Source: Candidatus Velthaea sp. (GTDB taxonomy: Bacteria > Vulcanimicrobiota > Vulcanimicrobiia > Vulcanimicrobiales > Vulcanimicrobiaceae). From it: a DNA stretch of 13,471 bases. Positions 7,331-13,471 of this stretch are shown piece after piece. Position 1 is the stretch's first letter, and each line of letters opens with the position of its first letter. The position numbers and the translations under genes were made by a program. The stretch covers positions 1 through 13,471 of the forward strand of contig JBEKHC010000119.1 of assembly GCA_050012475.1 (NCBI GenBank), read 5' to 3'. The notes beneath the pieces are model-generated. The model had not been told where the DNA came from. It did no database searches and saw nothing but the letters and a program-made list of their open reading frames with translations.

Positions 7331-8695
7331 GTGTCGTACGGAGGAAGACCCATTCGGCTATGGTCGAGAGTCGCGTCAAGAGGGCGCTGGGTAGCCAAGG
7401 CCCAGACAGCCTCGGCGGCAGTCGTACAGACCGTCTTGACCAAGGGGCTCCTATTGGTCGTCAATCTCGCAACAGGTGTTATCGTTGCTCGCGCGCTCGC
7501 ACCGGCCGGGCGCGGAGAACAGGCGGCGATGGGCGTCTGGTCGGCGACCTTGAGTTCGCTCTTTTTGATCGGCTTGCCGGTGTCGCTGTTGTACAACGCT
7601 CGCCGCTTTCCCGAAGAACGGCGTAAACTCTACTCGACGGCTCTGGTTCTGGTGACGGTACTCGGTTTCGTCGCGATTGCCGTGGGCGAGTTCGTCGTCC
7701 CGCTCTTTCTCACGAAATATAGTTGGGACGTCGTCACGTTCTCGCGCTTGATGCTTGTCTTTACGCTGCCGATGATGTTGCTCTTGCTCTTTCAAGCGTC
7801 GTTGGAAGTTCGCAGCGATTTCAGCACATCGAATCTCATTCGTTACGTGCCGCCGGTCCTAACCCTCGGCGCGCTGATCGTCCTCGAGTTGCTGCATCGT
7901 CTGACACCGTACTCGGCGGTGGTAGCGTATGCGCTTCCGCCGGCCTTCATGTGCGTCTATATCGGATGGCGCTTACGGGCTGAATTCACGCTGCGTCTGA
8001 ATGACTTTGCCGCCACGGCAAAACGCCTGCTGCGCTACGGCGGCCAATCATACACGATCGATTTGATCGGACAATTCTCGATGCAGACGGCTCAACTGCT
8101 CGTGGTGGGCGAGCTCAACGCGGCCGAATTGGGGCTCTACAGCGTCGCCCTGAACGTATCGCGTATCATTAACGTGTTGCACATCTCGCTCAACGTCGTC
8201 TTGTTCCCCAAGGCCTCATCGCTTTCGACCGAGGCCATTCTCGCGCTGACCGGACGTGCCGCGCGCATCAGCACCGCACTCACCATCGCGATGGGCGTGT
8301 TCTTCATGCTCGTCATCCCGGTGCTGCTTCCGTTACTGTATGGTCGCGAATTCCGGGGCGCCGTGATGATCACGTCGATCCTGATCTTCGAGGTCATCGT
8401 CTCCGGCGTAACCTCGGTTCTCGCGCAAGCCTTTATGGCAACGGGCCGGCCGGGTGCGGTAGCGATCATGCAGGGTGCCGGCACGCTACTTGCGATCCCG
8501 CTCATGCTCGTGCTCATTCCGCGCTTCGGCATCGTCGGCGCGGCATCGGCGCTGCTCGTCTCGACCTGCACGCGATTCGTCTTTATCATGAGCTCGTTTC
8601 CGTACTTGCTGCACGCGAAGCCCCCCGGGCTCTTTCTGCTGCGGGGCGACGTGCACTATCTGCGAGATCGTTTGGCGATGGTTGGGAAGAGTTGA
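7331..8695 (+). CDS. Oligosaccharide flippase (Wzx family)
   Basis: About 12 TM segments, with GVIVARALAPAGRG, ELGLYSVA, LLYGREFRGA and LIPRFGIVGAASA. GTG start is the first after the in-frame TAG at 7268-7270; exact start uncertain. Confidence 0.9.
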   Translation: MSYGGRPIRLWSRVASRGRWVAKAQTASAAVVQTVLTKGLLLVVNLATGVIVARALAPAGRGEQAAMGVWSATLSSLFLIGLPVSLLYNARRFPEERRKLYSTALVLVTVLGFVAIAVGEFVVPLFLTKYSWDVVTFSRLMLVFTLPMMLLLLFQASLEVRSDFSTSNLIRYVPPVLTLGALIVLELLHRLTPYSAVVAYALPPAFMCVYIGWRLRAEFTLRLNDFAATAKRLLRYGGQSYTIDLIGQFSMQTAQLLVVGELNAAELGLYSVALNVSRIINVLHISLNVVLFPKASSLSTEAILALTGRAARISTALTIAMGVFFMLVIPVLLPLLYGREFRGAVMITSILIFEVIVSGVTSVLAQAFMATGRPGAVAIMQGAGTLLAIPLMLVLIPRFGIVGAASALLVSTCTRFVFIMSSFPYLLHAKPPGLFLLRGDVHYLRDRLAMVGKS

Positions 8696-9756
8696 CCGCG
8701 CCTTTGCGGATTGTGCACGTTCTCAATCACGTGCGGCAGACCGGCAATGGAATCGTCAACGTCGTGGTCGACCTTGCCTGTGCGCAAGCCGAGGCCGGAA
8801 ATCAGGTGCTCGTTCTCTCGGTCGGCGGTGAGTACGAAACCCTGCTGGCGCAGTGCGGCGTCGTCCACGAAAAACTCGACCAACGCAGAAATCCGGCGAA
8901 CATCCTAGCGGCGGTGCTGCGTTTCCGGCGCATCGTGCGCCAGTATCGGCCCGACGTCGTCCACGCGCACATGGTGACCGGCGTGGTCTTGGCGGCCGTC
9001 GCGCGGGTGGGGCTGCGTTATCGCCTCGTTGCCACGGTTCACAACGTTCTGGACATAAGCTCGAATTTGATGGGTTTGGCGGACCGCGTTATCGCGGTGA
9101 GCCAGGCCGTCTCGAGATCGATGCGGCGGCGGGGCATACCGGCTCGAAAGCTCCGCGTTGTCCTCAACGGGACGCGCGGGAATAAGCGGGCCCGACTCGT
9201 CGATGCCGCGCCGCCGGCCGATCTCGAGCACCCCGCGATTACGACCGTCGCGGGGATGTACAAGAACAAAGGCATCGATGTTCTTATCCGAGCGTTCACC
9301 GATGTCGCGCGCGAGTCTCCGGCGGCGCACCTGTACATCGTCGGTGACGGTCCCGACCGCGCGTCCTTCGAGCGCAAGGCTGCGCGGAGCACGGCCGCGT
9401 CACGCATTCACTTCGAGGGATTCGTGTCCGATCCGCAGCGCTATCTTTCGGCCACCGACGTTTTCGTGCTGCCGTCGTTTCGAGAATCGTTCGGCCTCGT
9501 GCTCGGCGAGGCGCGTGAAGCGGGATGCGCGATCGTGGCATCTCGCGTCGACGGTATTCCCGAAGCGCTCGACGATGGCGAAGCCGGCATCCTTGTCGCG
9601 GCCGGGGATCACGCGAGTCTGGCCACGTGCATTTCGGAGCTGCTGCGCGATCCGTCGCTGCTCCAACAGTGGCGCCTGCGGGCGGGCCGTCAGCTCGATC
9701 GCCTCAACATCAACCGCGTCTGCGGCGAGACCTTAAGCGTCTATACCGAAGTGTGA
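8692..9756 (+). CDS. Glycosyltransferase family 4 (GT-B, retaining)
   Basis: PDVVHAH, ATVHN, VIAVSQAV, KGIDVLIRAF, IVGDGPDR, DVFVLPSFRESFGLVLGEA (EX7E), SRVDGIPE. TTGA overlap with the flippase stop. Confidence 0.95.
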   Translation: MTAPLRIVHVLNHVRQTGNGIVNVVVDLACAQAEAGNQVLVLSVGGEYETLLAQCGVVHEKLDQRRNPANILAAVLRFRRIVRQYRPDVVHAHMVTGVVLAAVARVGLRYRLVATVHNVLDISSNLMGLADRVIAVSQAVSRSMRRRGIPARKLRVVLNGTRGNKRARLVDAAPPADLEHPAITTVAGMYKNKGIDVLIRAFTDVARESPAAHLYIVGDGPDRASFERKAARSTAASRIHFEGFVSDPQRYLSATDVFVLPSFRESFGLVLGEAREAGCAIVASRVDGIPEALDDGEAGILVAAGDHASLATCISELLRDPSLLQQWRLRAGRQLDRLNINRVCGETLSVYTEV

Positions 9757-9859
9757 GCGGACTTCGCGCCAGCAGCGCGGCCGCTGGACGAACCCGCCAT
9801 CATCACACTGACGTTTCGGTAAAATAATACATGGTGACGCGTCAGTGTTCGCCGAGTTG

Positions 9860-9875
9860 AGTGAGCGCGCTCACT
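9860..9875. promoter_or_regulatory. Perfect 16-bp palindrome resembling a CRP-family binding site
   Basis: AGTGAGCGCGCTCACT equals its own reverse complement and fits GTGA-N6-TCAC (8/10 to TGTGA-N6-TCACA). It lies in the intergenic gap about 130 bp upstream of the hydrolase gene. Confidence 0.5.
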
Positions 9876-10006
9876 AAGTTTGCGTGCACACGTGAGATGG
9901 TGCACTTGCAATACTAAGAGTTGCAGCAGCCGAGCCGACGATCTGTATTGCATGACCCCGGACACTGAAACGGAGAATCGGCATCATTAGCACAGTTGGT
10001 CGCCGT

Positions 10007-12121
10007 TTGTTAAGCAAACGAAAGACTTTCATTTCTGCCGCGATCGCTTTCGCGTTCGGGGCAACATTGCTGGCGGGATGTTCGGGCAACGCCGGGAGTG
10101 CCGGCTCGTCGGCGGTCGTCCCAGCCATCGCGACGTCGTCATTGCGCGCGCGTGCCGCGCTGTCACTCGACACCCAAACGGCGGCCACGGCGACGATCGC
10201 TTACGATGCCGCCATTTTGAACGACCGGGCCGTAGCGTTCTACCGGATGAACGACCTGACCACGATTCTGCACGATGGCGCCGCGAATCCGACGCCCGGG
10301 AGCTACGGTGCAGCCGATCGATTGGGCGCAGCGGGCATTACGTCGACGGACTATACCGCCGTCGCCTTTCCGGGCGGCAACTACGCTCCATCCGCGGTGG
10401 CTTCGGTGCTGCCGAGCGCGAAATTGCAGCCGCCGATCGTCTCGGTCGAAGCCTGGGTCGAACCTTCCGTGCCCAACACCAGCAATCGATCTCAGCCGAT
10501 CGTTGCGTACGGGCGCTTTTCGGTCGGCGTGCCGTATCAGCTCACGATCACGCCGATCAATCAATTTCTCTTCTGCGTGAAGACGGCGACGGGCGCACAC
10601 GTGGCGATTGCGAAAACGACATCGTGGCCCGGCCGCATCTTTCATGTCGTCGGAACCTACGACGGATCGAGCGTCAAGCTCTATATCAACGGCGTTCTTG
10701 AAGGGCAGAGTGCCGGCTCGGGCGTGTTGAATTACGGCGGGCTCTACCCCACGACGGGGCTCGCCATCGGTTCCGGCTTCGATGCCCTGGTGTCGGAGCC
10801 GATCGAGAGTTATGCCGGCACGATCGCGGATGTGTCGATCTACAACTACGCGCTCACGCCGGCCCAAGCGATGAGCCACTATTTGGCCGGAGTCCTCACT
10901 CCCGCCTTGACGGAACGGCCGGCCGCCGCGGATGCGTTCGTCGACAGCATCGGCGTCGACGCTCCGCTCAACTATCAGGGCACGGCATACGACACACAAT
11001 ACACGACGGTCGAGTCGCTGCTGATCGGTTCGGGCATTCGGCACATCCGTTCGGGTCTCGTACCAGGAGCCCCACAAACGTATTACAACCGTCTCAACGA
11101 ACTGGGGCGCGCCGGCGTACACAGCGAACTCGTGACCGTCGGAACGGAGACGGCAAGTCAGCTCCAGGCCTACGCCGCACTCGTGCCGCAATCCCTCGAG
11201 GCCTACGAGGGTCCCAACGAGCCCGATCTCAGCACGGATCCGAACTGGATCGCCGACACGCGCAATTTCATGCTGCGCCTGCATACGGCGATCAAAGGCA
11301 ACGCCGCGACGGCGAAATTCCCGATTATCGGACCATCGATCGTCCGACCGGCAAACGCAGCAGCTTTGGGCGATCTGAGCGCGGATCTCGACTACGGCAA
11401 CATCCATCCCTATTACGGCCCGTATAATCCGGGCAACGTCGGAACCGGCAGCATCTCGGCGCTCGGGCGCGTCGGCAGTACGCAGTACTACATGAATGCC
11501 GGCGCGCAAGTCAGCGGACCGAAGCCGATCTTCGCGACCGAAACGGGGTTCGGGACGAATCTCTCGATCGCGGGCAACGTCTCCGAACTCTGCGACGGAA
11601 AAGAGACCCCGCGTACGTATTTCATGCACTTCAAGAGCGGCATCGCCCGCACGCTGACATTCCAATTGATCGAACAAGCGACGGCGTATGGAGCGCTCGG
11701 CCCGTTTTCTTACATGGGATTGCTGCGTCAAGATCTCAGCCCCAAACCGTCGTATACCGCGCTGAAGTCGCTGATCGGGCTTCTGTCGGACAAAGGATCG
11801 GCGTTCTCCACGACGCCGATCACGTATACCATTCGCGGCGACGTGAACAACCTGCAGCATCTCCTGATGCAGAAGCGCAATGGCCTGTACTACTTGGCCC
11901 TGTGGCTCGAAACCCCGAGTTGGAATGCGGCCACCAACCAAGACTTGGCGGTGCCGGCGCAGGCGATTACCGTCACGCTTCCGAGCACGATGAGAAACGG
12001 CTACCTCTATCAGCTCAACGATCTGGGTCAAATGTCGCAGTCGATCGCGGTGCTCAATCACGGCACTGCCTCCGTACAAGTCAGCGACCGGGTAATGGTG
12101 CTGGCCTTCCAACCCTATTAG
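10007..12121 (+). CDS. Lipoprotein: LamG/concanavalin-A-like domain plus clan GH-A (GH39/GH5-like) glycoside hydrolase domain
   Basis: Lipobox LLAG|C. LamG motifs SVEAWV, FHVVGTYDGSSVKLYINGVL and GTIADVSIYNYALT. Catalytic-like YEGPNEPD (Glu codon 11219-11221) and IFATETG (11540-11542), GLLRQDLSPKPSY, and a C-terminal beta-rich domain. TTG start without a clear SD. Confidence 0.82.
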   Translation: MLSKRKTFISAAIAFAFGATLLAGCSGNAGSAGSSAVVPAIATSSLRARAALSLDTQTAATATIAYDAAILNDRAVAFYRMNDLTTILHDGAANPTPGSYGAADRLGAAGITSTDYTAVAFPGGNYAPSAVASVLPSAKLQPPIVSVEAWVEPSVPNTSNRSQPIVAYGRFSVGVPYQLTITPINQFLFCVKTATGAHVAIAKTTSWPGRIFHVVGTYDGSSVKLYINGVLEGQSAGSGVLNYGGLYPTTGLAIGSGFDALVSEPIESYAGTIADVSIYNYALTPAQAMSHYLAGVLTPALTERPAAADAFVDSIGVDAPLNYQGTAYDTQYTTVESLLIGSGIRHIRSGLVPGAPQTYYNRLNELGRAGVHSELVTVGTETASQLQAYAALVPQSLEAYEGPNEPDLSTDPNWIADTRNFMLRLHTAIKGNAATAKFPIIGPSIVRPANAAALGDLSADLDYGNIHPYYGPYNPGNVGTGSISALGRVGSTQYYMNAGAQVSGPKPIFATETGFGTNLSIAGNVSELCDGKETPRTYFMHFKSGIARTLTFQLIEQATAYGALGPFSYMGLLRQDLSPKPSYTALKSLIGLLSDKGSAFSTTPITYTIRGDVNNLQHLLMQKRNGLYYLALWLETPSWNAATNQDLAVPAQAITVTLPSTMRNGYLYQLNDLGQMSQSIAVLNHGTASVQVSDRVMVLAFQPY

Positions 12122-12133
12122 GCGTTCGTTCGC

Positions 12134-12164
12134 GTTGCCGGCTCGGAACTTTCGAGCGGGCAGC
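12134..12164 (+). other. Intergenic stem-loop without U-tract
   Basis: GTTGCC-G-GCTCGGA-act-TTCGAGC-G-GGCAGC forms 13 pairs (two G:U) around one G/G mismatch, 12 nt after the stop at 12121. Confidence 0.5.
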
Positions 12165-12179
12165 AAACGTTCAACGTCG

Positions 12180-13471
12180 GTGTTGAACTCGTCATCGCTC
12201 AAGCCTTGGCGGCACGTTTCGCCACGGCGCCTGCGCGCCGCCGTCGCGACCGCGGCCGCCGTCGCCGGACTGCTCGCGCCGTCACAGCAGCGCGGCGCCT
12301 TTGCGACGCAGACGGCAGCGAAGAGCGCCGATGCGTTGGTGGATTCGATCGGCGTCGGCTTGCACGTCGGGTACACGCGAACGCCGTATTGGGGCCAATG
12401 GGAGCAGACGAAGTCGGCACTGCTCGCCCTCGGCGTACGGCACTTCCGCGACGGCTTGACGGATTGCATCGCCGCTGCGAGCCGAGCGTTTTGCCGGCAC
12501 TACGCGGAACTGGGGCAGGCCGGTTTGACCGGCGATTTCGTGGCGACGCTCAAGACGCCGATGAGCATCGTTTCCGCGTTTCCGTCTCAGGTGAGCGGCG
12601 CGTTCGACTCCTTCGAGGGCCCCAACGAAGTGGACATCAACGGCGACCCGAACTGGTTGGCCGACGTCTCCGCTTTTCAGCAGCAGCTGTACGCGAAGGT
12701 CAAGGGCAACCCGGCAACGGCGAAGTATGCGGTGATCGGCCCGGCAATCGGGCACATCCAGAACTACGCCAAGACCAGCGATCTGAGTGCATACTTCGAC
12801 TACGGCAATCTGCACAGTTATTTCGGACCGGTCAATCCCGGAACGCGCGTCGAAGGGCGGATCGAGCGCTGGATTGGGTCGGCGCGCACGTTCAACAGCA
12901 ACAAGCCCGACGTTACGACGGAGACCGGCTACTGGGACGGGCCGTCCGGACAAGGGCTACCCGACGCCGTGATCGCGCGCTACGAGCCCCGCTTGTTTCT
13001 CGAGCAGTTTGCGGCCGGGATCGTGCGGACGTTTCAGTACGAGTTCATCGATGAGGGTGGCCAAGACGGCATTTACGCCCACGCCGGGTTGCTGGCGAAC
13101 GACCTGACGCCCAAACCGCAATACTATGCGCTGCAGAGCCTGATCGCGGTGCTCAAGGATCCGGGTCCGGCATTTGCGCCCGGGAGCCTCGACTACGACG
13201 TTAGCGGCAATACCGATCACTTGGAGCATGCGCTGTTCGGAAAACGCGACGGTTCGATGTATGTGGCGCTGTGGCTGGAGAAGTCGAGCTTCGATGCGCG
13301 AACGCAGAGCGCAGTTCCGGTTCCCGCGCAACAGATACAACTCACCGTCAACGGACCGACGGCCGGCGCCACGGCGATTCGCTTCGATGATACCGGTCAC
13401 ACGGCGACGCGCCCGTTGACGTTTCGCGGTGATTCGACCGAAGTGCCGGTCGACGACCACGTGGTCATCGT
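12180..13471 (+). CDS. Secreted clan GH-A (GH39/GH5-like) glycoside hydrolase, paralog of the upstream gene, 3' end beyond the window
   Basis: Manual translation from GTG 12180 (or TTG 12183) is open to the window end: MLNSSSLKPWRHVSPRRLRAAVATAAAVAGLLAP...ADALVDSIGVGLH...GVRHFRDG...FEGPNEVD...DYGNLHSYFGPVNPG...VTTETGY...GLLANDLTPKPQY...KRDGSMYVALWLE. Start approximate. Confidence 0.85.
   Translation, partial: MLNSSSLKPWRHVSPRRLRAAVATAAAVAGLLAPSQQRGAFATQTAAKSADALVDSIGVGLHVGYTRTPYWGQWEQTKSALLALGVRHFRDGLTDCIAAASRAFCRHYAELGQAGLTGDFVATLKTPMSIVSAFPSQVSGAFDSFEGPNEVDINGDPNWLADVSAFQQQLYAKVKGNPATAKYAVIGPAIGHIQNYAKTSDLSAYFDYGNLHSYFGPVNPGTRVEGRIERWIGSARTFNSNKPDVTTETGYWDGPSGQGLPDAVIARYEPRLFLEQFAAGIVRTFQYEFIDEGGQDGIYAHAGLLANDLTPKPQYYALQSLIAVLKDPGPAFAPGSLDYDVSGNTDHLEHALFGKRDGSMYVALWLEKSSFDARTQSAVPVPAQQIQLTVNGPTAGATAIRFDDTGHTATRPLTFRGDSTEVPVDDHVVI

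Noticed and set aside
7340..7626. GGAGGA followed by out-of-frame ATG 7360 (88-aa ORF) inside the flippase 5' end
   Set aside because: The 14-nt SD spacing is too long and the product has no features.
9898..9911. TGGTGCACTTGCAA as a sigma54 promoter
   Set aside because: GG-to-GC spacing is 7 nt, not the required 10.
10163..12469. 768-aa minus-strand ORF
   Set aside because: Antisense shadow of the two hydrolase genes with no recognisable motifs. Long stop-free antisense frames are common at high GC.
12206..13054. 282-aa Arg-rich plus-strand ORF
   Set aside because: Wrong-frame overlap of the real hydrolase gene that starts near 12180.
1..13471. CRISPR arrays, tRNA/rRNA genes, IS elements, integrases
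   Set aside because: I saw no regularly spaced repeats, RNA gene signatures or transposase/recombinase motifs.

Overview
GC-rich bacterial window. Most of it is a + strand Wzx/Wzy-type extracellular polysaccharide (EPS/capsule) cluster: OPX/Wza-like exporter, priming phosphoglycosyl transferase, polysaccharide co-polymerase, separate BY-kinase-like protein, UDP-sugar SDR-like protein, Wzy/O-antigen-ligase-family membrane protein, Wzx flippase and a GT4. After a palindrome-rich 250-bp gap come two tandem paralogous secreted clan GH-A glycoside hydrolase-like genes; the first is a lipoprotein with a LamG domain. A divergent Tag-like DNA-3-methyladenine glycosylase gene runs off the left edge. 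The two edge genes (1..555 - and 12180..13471 +) are missing from the ORF track because their stops lie outside the window; I translated them by hand. The most unusual feature is two adjacent intact genes that both look catalytically degenerate, a BY-pseudokinase and an SDR lacking YxxxK, placed between the co-polymerase and the polymerase. Family calls come from motif recognition, not database searches.
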